Source of the DNA: an uncultured Bifidobacteriaceae bacterium
Lineage (GTDB): Bacteria > Bacteroidota > Bacteroidia > Chitinophagales > UBA10324
NCBI GenBank assembly: GCA_964424455.1
Contig: CAYRJA010000002.1
Location: forward strand, 7,236-71,235
Length of the DNA: 64,000 bases
Direction: 5' to 3'
Part shown: piece after piece, positions 36,608-47,337 of the stretch
Position numbering within the stretch: the first letter of the stretch is position 1
Layout of the letters: each line of letters opens with the position of its first letter
Notes under the pieces: generated by a model
Database searches by the model: none
What the model saw: only the letters and a program-made list of their open reading frames with translations
Told to the model about the DNA's origin: nothing
Program-made: the position numbers and the translations under genes

Positions 36608-39463
36608 ATGATTAGTATTCCTGAAAAGACCAAGACGAAAAAACAAACATCTCCCTCTGAGAAAAATATTTTTATCAAAGGAGCCCGTGTTCATAATCTC
36701 AAAAATATTGATATTGAGATAGAGCGCAACAAACTTGTAGTAGTTACAGGTGTATCCGGTTCAGGCAAATCCTCACTTACGATAGATACGCTTTATGCCG
36801 AAGGTCAGCGGCGCTATGTGGAATCATTGTCTGCTTATGCCCGTCAGTTTCTGATGAAAATGAATAAGCCGGATGTGGACTATATACACGGCTTATGTCC
36901 GGCAATCGCCATTGAGCAAAAAGTTTCCACCCGCACCACTCGCTCTACTGTAGGTTCGCTTACAGAAATTTATGATTACCTGCGCTTACTGTTTGCCCGT
37001 GTTGGTGAAACTTACTCGCCTGTTACAGGAGTAGAGGTGAAGAAGCACGAAGTGCTTGATGTAGTTGATTATGTAAATTCACTGGAAGAAGGAACTGCCG
37101 TTTATGTGCTGGTACCGTTTATAGAGTTTAATAAGCGACCGCTGAAAGAAGAACTCAATGTGCTGTTACAGAAAGGATTTTCACGGGTGATGACGGATAA
37201 TAAATTAGTGAAGATTGAAGAACTGATTAACACATTTGCAAAGAAAGAGGAGAAGAAAATAAAGCAGACACTTCGAATAGTTATTGACCGCCTGATGGTT
37301 AAAAAAAATGATGAAGATACTCAGGCACGAATTTCCGATTCGGTGCAGACTGCGTTTTATGAGAGTGACGGAGACTGTATTATCGCTTCAAACACTCATG
37401 ATACCAAGAGTCAGGAAGCTGTTACAGAAAAATTTTTCTCCAACCGTTTTGAAGCAGATGGTATCCGTTTTGAAGAACCAACTCCGCATTTATTCAGTTT
37501 CAATAATCCATTTGGCGCATGTCCGACTTGTGAAGGTTTTGGAAGCGTAATTGGTATTGATGAAGATTTGGTGTTTCCTGATAAATCACTTTCCGTTTAT
37601 GAAGGGGCTATTGCACCGTGGAAAGGCGAAAAAATGAGTGAGTGGAATGACCTGCTGATAAAAAATGCTATAAAATTTGACTTTCCTGTTCACCGTGCAT
37701 ATCATGATTTATCAGAGAAAGAAAAGAAGCTGTTATGGACGGGTAATAAATATTTCAATGGGCTGGATGACTTTTTCCGCGAGGTAGAAAGGCAATCTTA
37801 TAAAATTCAATATCGCGTAATGCTTTCGCGTTACAGAGGAAGAACTGTTTGCCCAAAGTGCAAAGGAACAAGAATCCGTAAAGAAGCCGGCTATGTAAAA
37901 ATCAATAACAAGTCTATTTCAGATTTAGTGTTGATGCCGGTAAAAAGTCTTAAAGTATTTTTTGATGAACTTTCTCTTTCTGATTATGAGAAAGAAATTT
38001 CAAAGAGAGTAACAGTGGAAATCAGAAACCGCATTCAGTTTATGTTGGATGTCGGACTGGGCTACCTTACCCTTAATCGTCTTTCTTCCACATTATCCGG
38101 AGGTGAAACGCAGCGTATCAACCTGACAAGAATGTTGGGAAGTAATCTTACAAGCTCCTTGTACATATTAGATGAGCCGAGTGTCGGGCTTCATCCGAAA
38201 GACACCGGAAGATTGGTAAAAGTGTTGCACCGTTTGCGTGATTTTGGGAACACAGTTGTAGTGGTTGAGCACGAGGAAGAAATAATGTTACAGGCAGACA
38301 GGATCATTGACATGGGACCGCTTGCAGGAACACATGGTGGAGAAGTTGTTTTCAGCGGAACATTTAATCAGATTTTGAAAGACGAGGACTCGCTGACAGG
38401 AAAGTATTTAGTCGGGAAAGAAAAGATTGAGGTGCCCGCATATCGTCGTAAGGGTACAAAGTTTATAGAAGTGATAGGCGCTTCGCATCATAATCTGAAA
38501 AATATTGATGTAAAAATCCCATTTAATACTATTACGGTTGTAACAGGAGTAAGTGGTTCAGGAAAAACCACTCTTGTCAAACAAATCCTTTATCCTGCTC
38601 TTAATAAATCACTCGGCAATATTGGTGAAAAACCCGGTGGATTTCGCGAGTTGAAAATGGATAGTAATTCTATTGCTCAGGTTGAATTGGTTGACCAAAA
38701 TCCGTTGGGGAAATCTTCCCGTTCTAATCCGGTTACCTATATCAAAGCGTATGATTTAATCCGCGAACTGTTTGCAAGTCAGAAGTTAGCCAAGATGCGA
38801 GGGTTTCAACCAAGGCATTTTTCGTTTAATGTTGAAGGAGGTCGTTGTGATACTTGCAACGGAGAAGGCGAGATTATAGTAGAGATGCAGTTTCTGGCTG
38901 ATGTGCATTTACTTTGTGAAACATGTAAGGGAAAGCGGTTTAAAGATGAAGTACTTGAAATCACTTACAAAGACAAAAATATTTCAGATGTGCTGGATAT
39001 GACGGTGGATGAAGCGCTTGATTTCTTCAACGATGAGAAATCATTGCATGATGCGTTGAAGCCGTTAGCTGACGTGGGTTTAGGTTATGTAAAACTTGGA
39101 CAATCATCAAGTACATTATCAGGAGGAGAGGCGCAGCGGGTAAAACTTGCTTCTTTTCTCGGAAAGGGTAAAGCGACTCATCCCGTATTTTTCATTTTTG
39201 ATGAACCGACAACCGGACTGCATTTCAACGATATAAAAAAACTGTTACAGTCTTTCAATGCGTTGATAGAACACGGTCATTCTATTTTGATTATTGAGCA
39301 CAATATGGAAATTATCAAATGTGCAGATTACATTATAGACCTCGGACCGGAAGGCGGTGAAGGCGGAGGACATCTTTTGTTTCAGGGTACACCTGAAGAA
39401 ATGGTAAAAAAGGTAAAATCACCTACGGCAGAGTATTTAAAGCAGAAAATTGCATTGAAATAG
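36608..39463 (+). CDS. uvrA: excinuclease ABC subunit A
   Basis: 951 aa. Two Walker A sites (GVSGSGKSS, GVSGSGKTT), two LSGGE signatures and CxxC zinc modules. Confidence 0.95.
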   Translation: MISIPEKTKTKKQTSPSEKNIFIKGARVHNLKNIDIEIERNKLVVVTGVSGSGKSSLTIDTLYAEGQRRYVESLSAYARQFLMKMNKPDVDYIHGLCPAIAIEQKVSTRTTRSTVGSLTEIYDYLRLLFARVGETYSPVTGVEVKKHEVLDVVDYVNSLEEGTAVYVLVPFIEFNKRPLKEELNVLLQKGFSRVMTDNKLVKIEELINTFAKKEEKKIKQTLRIVIDRLMVKKNDEDTQARISDSVQTAFYESDGDCIIASNTHDTKSQEAVTEKFFSNRFEADGIRFEEPTPHLFSFNNPFGACPTCEGFGSVIGIDEDLVFPDKSLSVYEGAIAPWKGEKMSEWNDLLIKNAIKFDFPVHRAYHDLSEKEKKLLWTGNKYFNGLDDFFREVERQSYKIQYRVMLSRYRGRTVCPKCKGTRIRKEAGYVKINNKSISDLVLMPVKSLKVFFDELSLSDYEKEISKRVTVEIRNRIQFMLDVGLGYLTLNRLSSTLSGGETQRINLTRMLGSNLTSSLYILDEPSVGLHPKDTGRLVKVLHRLRDFGNTVVVVEHEEEIMLQADRIIDMGPLAGTHGGEVVFSGTFNQILKDEDSLTGKYLVGKEKIEVPAYRRKGTKFIEVIGASHHNLKNIDVKIPFNTITVVTGVSGSGKTTLVKQILYPALNKSLGNIGEKPGGFRELKMDSNSIAQVELVDQNPLGKSSRSNPVTYIKAYDLIRELFASQKLAKMRGFQPRHFSFNVEGGRCDTCNGEGEIIVEMQFLADVHLLCETCKGKRFKDEVLEITYKDKNISDVLDMTVDEALDFFNDEKSLHDALKPLADVGLGYVKLGQSSSTLSGGEAQRVKLASFLGKGKATHPVFFIFDEPTTGLHFNDIKKLLQSFNALIEHGHSILIIEHNMEIIKCADYIIDLGPEGGEGGGHLLFQGTPEEMVKKVKSPTAEYLKQKIALK

Positions 39464-39503
39464 CATAGGAAAAACTATCCTTTGTTTTAAAACCGATTAC
39501 TTC

Positions 39504-39511
39504 TACCTTTG
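39504..39511 (+). promoter_or_regulatory. candidate promoter: -7 box TACCTTTG with an upstream TTTG
   Basis: TACCTTTG lies 18 nt upstream of the tatA ATG. A TTTG at 39481-39484 sits 19 nt upstream of the -7 box, matching the -33 spacing. Confidence 0.35.
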
Positions 39512-39528
39512 TAGTACAATTTAAAAAA

Positions 39529-39741
39529 ATGTCATATCCCTTTTTATTAAGTATGCCCGGCGGTAGTGAATGGATACTTATTTTTCTTGCTATCATTTTG
39601 CTTTTCGGCGGAAAGAAAATCCCTGAGTTGATGCGCGGTATCGGTAAAGGAATCCGCGAGTTCAATGCAGCTAAAAGCAGTGTTGAAAGCGAAATTAAAG
39701 AAGGCATGAAAGAGGAAGATAAGAAAGAACTTCCTAAGTAA
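39529..39741 (+). CDS. tatA: twin-arginine translocase TatA/E family subunit
   Basis: 70 aa. EWILIFLAIILLFGGKKIPELMRGIGKGIREF is the canonical TatA TM plus amphipathic helix. Confidence 0.8.
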   Translation: MSYPFLLSMPGGSEWILIFLAIILLFGGKKIPELMRGIGKGIREFNAAKSSVESEIKEGMKEEDKKELPK

Positions 39742-39766
39742 TTCATATCACTTTCACTCTGTTGTT

Positions 39767-41194
39767 TTGAGATTATATTCTTCTCTTTCATCCATACAAA
39801 ATGAATTAAAGAAAGGCAGTGTTACTTGTGTGGACATTGCAAACTATTATATTTCCAATATCGAAAAGAACCAACATCTGAATGCGTTTCTTGAAGTGTA
39901 TTCAGAGGAGGTGTTACACAAAGCAAGGATTGTTGACGGGAAAATAAAATCCGGCACTGCGGGCAAGTTGGCAGGGGCAGTTATAGCTGTCAAAGATGTA
40001 CTGTGTCACCGCAACCATAAAGTTTCTGCGAGTTCAAAAATACTGAGTGATTTCACTTCTCTTTATTCCTGTACGGCAATAGAACGGCTTGAAATGGAAG
40101 ACGCTATTATCATTGGCAGAACCAATTGTGATGAATTTGCGATGGGATCTTCCAATGAAAATTCTGCTTATGGTCCCGTGAAAAATGGTTTAGATAATAC
40201 CAAAGTCCCGGGCGGCTCATCAGGCGGCTCGGCAGTGGCGGTGCAGATGGACATGTGTCTTGCCTCGCTGGGGACAGATACCGGCGGCTCTATTCGCCAA
40301 CCTGCTTCATTTTGCGGAGTGGTTGGGCTAAAGCCGACTTATGGTAGAATTTCGCGTTACGGACTAATTGCTTATGCTTCATCATTTGACCAGATAGGAA
40401 CCTTTACTCATAACATTGAAGATGCAGCCATTCTCCTGGAAGTAATGTCCGGTAAAGATGAATATGACAGCACTGTATCTTCTGCTGTAACAGAAAATTA
40501 TTCGGATAAATTAAATTTCAACGGTAAAGCGCGGATTGCTTATTTCAATGACTGTGTTCATCACAAAGGATTGGATAAAGAAATCGGCAAAGAAGTGTTA
40601 CAGTTGATAGAAAAACTAAGACAGGAAGGACATACTGTAGAAGAGGTGCCCTTTGATGTGATTGATTATTTAGTACCGGCTTACTATGTATTAACTACTG
40701 CGGAAGCTTCTTCCAACCTTTCCCGCTTTGATGGTATTCGCTATGGTTATCATAGTTCTCACTCCACTGATTTAGAAAGCACTTACAAAAGGAATCGTAC
40801 AGAAGGTTTTGGTAAAGAAGTGAAACGGAGAATCATGCTTGGCACCTTTGTATTGAGTGCCGGGTATTATGATGCATATTATTCTAAAGGACAAAAGGTC
40901 CGCAGGTATATCAAAGAAAAAACGGAGAGCATACTAAGTAATTACGATTTTATTTTAACGCCCACCACTCCGACTACAGCATTCGGAATGAATGAAAAAA
41001 CAGGAGACCCTATTACCATGTATGTGGCAGATATGTTTACAGTTCAGGCTCCGATCTGTGGGCTGCCCGCCATTTCACTTCCATTAAAAAAACATTCCAA
41101 CGGATTGCCTTATGGTATTCAGTTGATGAGTGGAAAATTTAAGGAAGCAGAACTTCTCGCTTTCTCCGATTATCTGATGAAGTTTGCAGGATAA
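39767..41194 (+). CDS. gatA: Asp-tRNA(Asn)/Glu-tRNA(Gln) amidotransferase subunit A
   Basis: 475 aa with the amidase signature GGSSGGSAVAV and TDTGGSIRQPA. TTG start as given by the ORF track. Confidence 0.9.
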   Translation: MRLYSSLSSIQNELKKGSVTCVDIANYYISNIEKNQHLNAFLEVYSEEVLHKARIVDGKIKSGTAGKLAGAVIAVKDVLCHRNHKVSASSKILSDFTSLYSCTAIERLEMEDAIIIGRTNCDEFAMGSSNENSAYGPVKNGLDNTKVPGGSSGGSAVAVQMDMCLASLGTDTGGSIRQPASFCGVVGLKPTYGRISRYGLIAYASSFDQIGTFTHNIEDAAILLEVMSGKDEYDSTVSSAVTENYSDKLNFNGKARIAYFNDCVHHKGLDKEIGKEVLQLIEKLRQEGHTVEEVPFDVIDYLVPAYYVLTTAEASSNLSRFDGIRYGYHSSHSTDLESTYKRNRTEGFGKEVKRRIMLGTFVLSAGYYDAYYSKGQKVRRYIKEKTESILSNYDFILTPTTPTTAFGMNEKTGDPITMYVADMFTVQAPICGLPAISLPLKKHSNGLPYGIQLMSGKFKEAELLAFSDYLMKFAG

Positions 41195-41442
41195 CGCATT
41201 CCCGTTTTTTTGAGATTATTACTTTTTACAAGGTTTTACGGTTAAATCCGTTTAATATTACCAAATACAACCTATTAGAGTAAAACAAAATGAGTTTTAC
41301 TGCGTTAGAAAGCGGGCTGTAAAAGAGTTGAGGGTTATTGTGTACAGTTAATAAATTGCAGCGGATAAAATTGATTTACAACCCTGAAGTTGTTAAATGC
41401 AATTCTTATTTTGCCGCACTTAAAATTTTTTAAAAATGTAAA

Positions 41443-42954
41443 ATGACAATTCGGATGACGAAGCCAAATAGATTACAAAAGATAACTGCAGCCTTTCTCT
41501 TCGCCTTTGGCTGTAGTACTGCTGGTTACAATTATGCGTACGCACAGGTACCCTTTAATGTTAATCCGGTCGTAACACCTGAAATAATTTCAGAGAGTAC
41601 CATAGATGATAGTTTGAATATAGTTGATAATTCTCTTGACTCACTGGTGAGTGGAGATGATTTTACTACTGGTGATATACAATCGTTCCCCATATTTCCG
41701 GATTCGGTTTACGAGTCGCGAATCCTGTCGTTACCTACAACACTGCCTGTAACCTATAATGAACAGGTGCGCAATTTTATTGATGTGTACACTATGAGAG
41801 CTAAAAAGAGAGATCAGGTAGAGAGAATGGTAGGATTAAGTAAAATTTATTTCCCTTTGTTTGAGAAGATTTTAGCTGACAATCAGGTGCCAACTGATTT
41901 AAAGTATCTGGCAATTATTGAGTCGGCATTAAATCCTCATGCAGTGTCGCACTGCGGCGCTACCGGAATATGGCAGTTTATGTATTCTACAGGAAAAATT
42001 TATGGATTACAAATCAACGGATATCTTGATGAACGAAAAGATATTATTGAATCTACTAAGGCGGCAGCAACTTACCTGAAGAATATGTATAACACTTATG
42101 GTGACTGGCTTTTGTCTATTGCTGCATATAACTGTGGTCCGGGAAATGTAAACCGTGCCATCCTTCGCTCAGGTGGCAGTTATGATTTCTGGACTATCAG
42201 CAAGTATCTTCCTAAAGAAACAAGAGGTTATGTGCCTGCATTTATTGCTGCAATGTATGTGATGAATTATTATGACACACACGGTCTGTATCCTCAGTAT
42301 CCTGAGTATTGTATAGGAGATATATGTACAGTTGACGTGTCTGAGAAAATAAGTTTCGAACAATTATCCAAACTGACTTGTGTGCCGATTGAAGAAATTC
42401 GCTTTCTAAATCCTGCACTAAGAGGCGATGTGATTCCGGCTTTAGGTTCTCAGCCTTATTCGCTGAAATTACCGTCCGAATCTCTTCCTCTTTTTTCAGA
42501 AGTGAAAGATTCGATAGTATTCCTGTCGAAGAACTATACAGCAGCATATTACTCAAAGTATAAAGGACACTACTACAACACAAATGGTAAAGGGAATGTA
42601 CATATAGTAAGGAAAGGAGAAACACTTGGGTTAATTGCTCAAAGGCATAAATGTTCTGTTGCACAAATCAAATCATGGAATAATCTGAAAGGGAACACAA
42701 TTTATGCAGGCCAGAAGTTAAAGGTGTACGGGAAAAGCGGAGTTTCCTCTACTGTTAAGACGGTTTCACCCACGGTAACCAAGCAATCTTCTTCAACAGG
42801 TAAAGTAGTTTACTACAAAGTCAGAAGCGGAGATACTCTTTGGGGAATTTCCAATATGTATCCGGGTGTTACAGTGTCAGACATTAAAGCTGCAAATGAC
42901 ATTAGCAAGGTGCATAAACTTCAGCCGGGCACGGTTCTGAAGATTAATCTCTAA
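41443..42954 (+). CDS. lytic transglycosylase (SLT domain) with two LysM repeats (MltD-like)
   Basis: SLT core LAIIESALNPHAVSHCGATGIWQFM. LysM repeats HIVRKGETLGLIAQRH... and YKVRSGDTLWGISNMY.... Confidence 0.8.
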   Translation: MTIRMTKPNRLQKITAAFLFAFGCSTAGYNYAYAQVPFNVNPVVTPEIISESTIDDSLNIVDNSLDSLVSGDDFTTGDIQSFPIFPDSVYESRILSLPTTLPVTYNEQVRNFIDVYTMRAKKRDQVERMVGLSKIYFPLFEKILADNQVPTDLKYLAIIESALNPHAVSHCGATGIWQFMYSTGKIYGLQINGYLDERKDIIESTKAAATYLKNMYNTYGDWLLSIAAYNCGPGNVNRAILRSGGSYDFWTISKYLPKETRGYVPAFIAAMYVMNYYDTHGLYPQYPEYCIGDICTVDVSEKISFEQLSKLTCVPIEEIRFLNPALRGDVIPALGSQPYSLKLPSESLPLFSEVKDSIVFLSKNYTAAYYSKYKGHYYNTNGKGNVHIVRKGETLGLIAQRHKCSVAQIKSWNNLKGNTIYAGQKLKVYGKSGVSSTVKTVSPTVTKQSSSTGKVVYYKVRSGDTLWGISNMYPGVTVSDIKAANDISKVHKLQPGTVLKINL

Positions 42955-42976
42955 GATTTAGAAAAATAGAAACGAT

Positions 42977-43010
42977 AAAGCGCTCTCAAAAAAAGAGCGC
43001 TTTTTTATTT
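42977..43010 (+). terminator. intrinsic terminator
   Basis: Perfect 10-bp stem AAAGCGCTCT (42977-42986) / AGAGCGCTTT (42994-43003) with a 7-nt loop, running into T6 (43001-43006). It lies 23 nt after the stop at 42954. Confidence 0.8.
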
Positions 43011-43068
43011 GTGGAAAACAAATTGGATAATACAGCTCGTTTCCTTTCCATTCAACTCGCAGGAACTA

Positions 43069-43076
43069 TACATTTG
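43069..43076 (+). promoter_or_regulatory. candidate -7 box (TAnnTTTG)
   Basis: TACATTTG ends 8 nt upstream of the murF-alr ATG. Confidence 0.3.
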
Positions 43077-43084
43077 CCAATAAT

Positions 43085-45613
43085 ATGCAGTTGAAGAATT
43101 ATACGCCGGAGCAGATCGCTAAAATGATGCGGGCAAAACTTATCCAGAAAGGAAGCGCCATTACAATTGAAAATCTTTTACTTGACAGCCGGAAATTAGT
43201 TTTTCCTGAAAGCTCCTTGTTCTTTGCACTGAAAGGTGGAAGGCGAAACGGACATTTGTTCATAGATGAACTGTATGAAAAGGGAGTTCGCAGTTTTGTG
43301 GTGAGCGATGAACTGGATTTACAGAAATACCCAAAAGGAAATTTCTTCGGAACAAAGAATACCACTATTGCTTTACAAAATCTAACCGCCACTCACCGGA
43401 AGAACTACAACTTGCCGGTAATCGGAATTACAGGCAGTAATGGAAAGACCATTGTAAAAGAATGGCTCCATCAGTTGTTGGAACCGGATTATAGTATCGT
43501 TCGCAGTCCCAAAAGTTACAACTCGCAGATAGGTGTACCACTTTCTGTGTGGCAGATTGCAGACTACCACAACCTCGGAATCTTTGAAGCAGGCGTATCG
43601 CAACCAGATGAAATGGCAAACCTTGAAAAGGTTATTCAACCGACCATTGGAATTTTTACGAATATCGGAAATGCACACAACGAAGGATTCCTGAATATCC
43701 GTCAGAAAGTAAATGAGAAACTGAAACTGTTTGTAAGAGCAGACATTTTGATCTACTGCCGCGATTATGCAGACATCAACGAATGTCTTGCTATTGTTAA
43801 AGATCGGATGAAGCGGGCTGATTCTGACTTTAACGGATTTAAAACATTCTCATGGACTAAAAAAGAACTGGATGCGGATGTTGCAATTAAATCTATTGAG
43901 AAGAAAAATTCTTACACTGAAATTACTGCAGTATATCAGCAGGAAGACTATTCGTTTACCATTCCACTGACGGATGATGCGTCTATTGAAAACGCTATTC
44001 ATTGCTGGATGACACTGATGTATCTGAAAGTTGACCCTGTTACAATTGCAAACCGTATGTCAGCGCTGAGCATGATTGCAATGCGGCTTGAACTGAAAGA
44101 TGCGGTAAACAATTGCTCGCTTATCAACGATTCATACAACTCTGATTTGAATGCTCTCGGTATTGCAATTGATTTTCTGAATCAGCAAAAACAACATCGT
44201 CGCCGGACATTGATTCTTTCAGATATTTTACAATCGGGAATGGCTGACGGGGAATTATATGAAGAGGTGGCAGAAATGGCAAGCAGCAAAGGAATTAACA
44301 GGTTAATAGGAATAGGAAAGTCCATAGGGAAACAGCAGAAGATTTTTAATAATAAAGAAAATCTGCTTGCTTCATTCTACCCAAGCACGGATGATTTTCT
44401 GAAATCGTTCAATTCAGACGAATTTCATGATGAAACCATTTTACTGAAAGGCGCCCGCTCTTTTGAGTTTGAACGCATCAGTAAAAAGTTAGAACAGAAA
44501 CAGCATGAAACGGTACTGGAAATAAATCTGAATTCACTGTTGCATAATCTCAGCGTGTATCAGTCATTGCTGAAGCCGGAAACCAAAATGATGGTAATGG
44601 TGAAGGCATTTTCCTATGGCAGCGGTAGTTTTGAAATAGCCAATGTGTTACAGTTTCATAAAGTGGATTATCTGGCGGTTGCTTATGCAGATGAAGGAAT
44701 TGCTTTACGCAAATCCGGAATCTCCATGCCGATTATGGTGATGAATCCCGAGCCGAGAAGCTTTGAAGCGATTATTCATTACCAGTTAGAGCCGGAAATG
44801 TATTCGCTGAAAGAACTGAAGCAGTTTATGACGGTGGCAGAAGGAGTGAAAGAAAAATATCCTGACGGCTATCCCATTCATCTGGAAGTAGAAACCGGTA
44901 TGCACCGTTTGGGTTTTGATGAAGAAAATTTTGATGAACTGATTTCGCTGCTTCGTCAGAATAATTCAGTGAAAGTACAGAGTATTTTTTCTCACCTCGC
45001 TGCGAGTGAAGATGTTGCAATGGAAGATTACTCCAAAGGACAGATTGAAAAATTTGAATCTGCCAGCAAACAAATCACTGATGCTGTTGGCTATCCGGTT
45101 ATCCGCCATATTCTGAATTCAGCAGGTATTGTACGGTTTCCACAGGCACATTTTGATATGGTTCGTTTGGGGCTTGGAATTTACGGGATTGATTATTCAC
45201 AGAAATTAGAAGGTAAGCTGAAGAATGTAAGCACGCTGAAGACAACCGTTTCTCAAATCAAATATTTGAAAGCCGGCGAAACAGTGGGTTACGGACGGGC
45301 AGGAACTGTAACACGGGATACTGTTGTAGCTACCGTCGGCATCGGATATGCTGATGGACTTAGTCGTCGTCTGAGTTGTGGTATTGGTAAAATGATGATA
45401 AAGAATCAACCGGCTCCCATCCTCGGAAATATTTGCATGGACATGACTATGCTCGATGTTACAGATATACCGAATGTGGAAGAAGGAGATGATGTGATTG
45501 TATTTGGCGAAGAACTTCCGCTAAAAGCTTTAGCCGGCTGGAGTGGTACTATTCCTTATGAAGTAATGACTACTATTTCGCAGAGGGTGAGAAGAGTGTA
45601 TTTTCAGGAATAG
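43085..45613 (+). CDS. murF/alr: bifunctional UDP-MurNAc-tripeptide:D-Ala-D-Ala ligase (MurF) / alanine racemase (Alr)
   Basis: The N-terminal half has the Mur ligase P-loop ITGSNGKT. The C-terminal half has the alanine racemase PLP-Lys context MVMVKAFSYGSG and ...VGYGR.... A single uninterrupted 842-aa frame. Confidence 0.85.
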   Translation: MQLKNYTPEQIAKMMRAKLIQKGSAITIENLLLDSRKLVFPESSLFFALKGGRRNGHLFIDELYEKGVRSFVVSDELDLQKYPKGNFFGTKNTTIALQNLTATHRKNYNLPVIGITGSNGKTIVKEWLHQLLEPDYSIVRSPKSYNSQIGVPLSVWQIADYHNLGIFEAGVSQPDEMANLEKVIQPTIGIFTNIGNAHNEGFLNIRQKVNEKLKLFVRADILIYCRDYADINECLAIVKDRMKRADSDFNGFKTFSWTKKELDADVAIKSIEKKNSYTEITAVYQQEDYSFTIPLTDDASIENAIHCWMTLMYLKVDPVTIANRMSALSMIAMRLELKDAVNNCSLINDSYNSDLNALGIAIDFLNQQKQHRRRTLILSDILQSGMADGELYEEVAEMASSKGINRLIGIGKSIGKQQKIFNNKENLLASFYPSTDDFLKSFNSDEFHDETILLKGARSFEFERISKKLEQKQHETVLEINLNSLLHNLSVYQSLLKPETKMMVMVKAFSYGSGSFEIANVLQFHKVDYLAVAYADEGIALRKSGISMPIMVMNPEPRSFEAIIHYQLEPEMYSLKELKQFMTVAEGVKEKYPDGYPIHLEVETGMHRLGFDEENFDELISLLRQNNSVKVQSIFSHLAASEDVAMEDYSKGQIEKFESASKQITDAVGYPVIRHILNSAGIVRFPQAHFDMVRLGLGIYGIDYSQKLEGKLKNVSTLKTTVSQIKYLKAGETVGYGRAGTVTRDTVVATVGIGYADGLSRRLSCGIGKMMIKNQPAPILGNICMDMTMLDVTDIPNVEEGDDVIVFGEELPLKALAGWSGTIPYEVMTTISQRVRRVYFQE

Positions 45614-45749
45614 TAAATCTCAGATTGTTACACCAGTGAAACATCAAGGTATAAAGTATCAACTAACTGCCTGCTTTATCATTGACGCTTCATATTGTTT
45701 TTATTTACAATCCGCCCTTTAGGTATAACTTTACCGCGAAATAGATATA

Positions 45750-47333
45750 ATGAAGAAAATTCCTCTTCTCTTTCTTTTTGTTATTTCAGTTCTATCCGGT
45801 TCAGCACAGGAAGGACGACTCTCAGGCGATTTGCAGCTTAATGCTAATTTTTATAACAAAGATTCTACCATCGGCGCAAGTAACACTCCGCTATACGATA
45901 AGTTTTTTTCTTCTGTTGATTCATGGCTGACATTAGATTACAACATCAGCGGATTTAATGCACGGACACGCTTCGACTTGTTTAACAACTCTGCGTTGTT
46001 TGATCCGCAGAAAGCATATACCGGAGCCGGTCTTGGCTTTTGGTCATTATCAAAAGAGATAAAAGGATTAACTGTAACAGGCGGTTATTTTTACGACCAG
46101 TTTGGAAGCGGGATTGTTTACCGGGCTTATGAAGACCGAGGGCTTGGTATTGATTACGCCACTTTTGGTGTGCGGCTCAACTACAAACTAAATGACAACT
46201 GGTATGTAAAGGCATTTACCGGACAGGAGAAAAATTTATTCAGCACTTACAAACCGATAATAAAAGGAGTAGACATAGAAGGGTCGGTTGCGATAAATGA
46301 TAATATGCGCATCAATCCGGGTGCGGCTATAGTGAATCGTACACTTGATGATGCCTCTATGAATCTGATTGCTGCCACGATTAACACTTATCCGTTAGAG
46401 GAAAGATTCTATCCTAAGTATAATGTGTATGCTTATTCGGGATATAATACTCTGATATGGAAAAATATTACATGGTATGCTGAATATGCCGGCAAGACAA
46501 GCGAGGCGATAGTAGATAACAATGGAGAATTGGTTGATAAGGATGGAAGTGTGATTTACACTACGCTCTCTTATTCCAAAAAAGGTTTTGGTGTTACAGG
46601 ACAGTATAAGCGGACAGAGAATTTCATCTTTCGTACTTCACCAAATGAAACACTTCTGCTCGGTATCCTGAATTATATTCCATCTCTCACTAAGCAAAAT
46701 GCGATGCGCTTGCTGACACGATACAATGCAGCTACACAATATTTGGGCGAGGCGGCTTATGAAGGTGATGCAGTTTTCACTCCGGTAAAAGGATATAAAA
46801 TTTCACTGAACTATTCTAATGTTCAAACACTAAGTAATACTCAGCTTTGGCAGGAAATTAACGGAGAAATAGAAATAACGAAGAACAAGAAATTTCAACA
46901 GGCATTTGGAGTACAAAGCATTCTGTACAATCAGGAAGTTTATCAGAATGAACCGGGAGTTCCTGTGGTAAACGCTATAACACCTTTTGTAGAGTTTACC
47001 TACAAATTTGACAAGAAGAGGTCCCTCCGCACTGAATTGCAATACATGAATACCCGGCAGGACTACGGCTCATGGGCTTATGCTCTTCTGGAATTCAGCA
47101 TTGCTCCAAAATTTTCTTTTGCTGCCTCTGACATGTACAACATAGAACCCAATGCAGCAGTAGTGAAGGACAAAAAACATTATTACAATCTTTTTGCTGC
47201 TTATACACATGAAGGAAAGCGGTTCACCATCAGCTATGTAAAACAAGTGGAAGGATATAATTGCACAGGCGGTGTTTGTCGGTATGAACCTGCTTTCAGC
47301 GGAGTGCGTTTTACATTAACAACAAACTTTTGA
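45750..47333 (+). CDS. putative outer-membrane beta-barrel (DUF6029-like)
   Basis: Signal peptide, long alternating beta pattern, and a terminal ...FTLTTNF with C-terminal Phe. Family name from memory. Confidence 0.45.
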   Translation: MKKIPLLFLFVISVLSGSAQEGRLSGDLQLNANFYNKDSTIGASNTPLYDKFFSSVDSWLTLDYNISGFNARTRFDLFNNSALFDPQKAYTGAGLGFWSLSKEIKGLTVTGGYFYDQFGSGIVYRAYEDRGLGIDYATFGVRLNYKLNDNWYVKAFTGQEKNLFSTYKPIIKGVDIEGSVAINDNMRINPGAAIVNRTLDDASMNLIAATINTYPLEERFYPKYNVYAYSGYNTLIWKNITWYAEYAGKTSEAIVDNNGELVDKDGSVIYTTLSYSKKGFGVTGQYKRTENFIFRTSPNETLLLGILNYIPSLTKQNAMRLLTRYNAATQYLGEAAYEGDAVFTPVKGYKISLNYSNVQTLSNTQLWQEINGEIEITKNKKFQQAFGVQSILYNQEVYQNEPGVPVVNAITPFVEFTYKFDKKRSLRTELQYMNTRQDYGSWAYALLEFSIAPKFSFAASDMYNIEPNAAVVKDKKHYYNLFAAYTHEGKRFTISYVKQVEGYNCTGGVCRYEPAFSGVRFTLTTNF

Positions 47334-47337
47334 TAGG

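Noticed and set aside
41279-41301. 8-bp hairpin AGTAAAAC/GTTTTACT downstream of gatA as a terminator.
   Set aside because: The stem is entirely AT-rich and there is no following T-run. The support is too weak to call.
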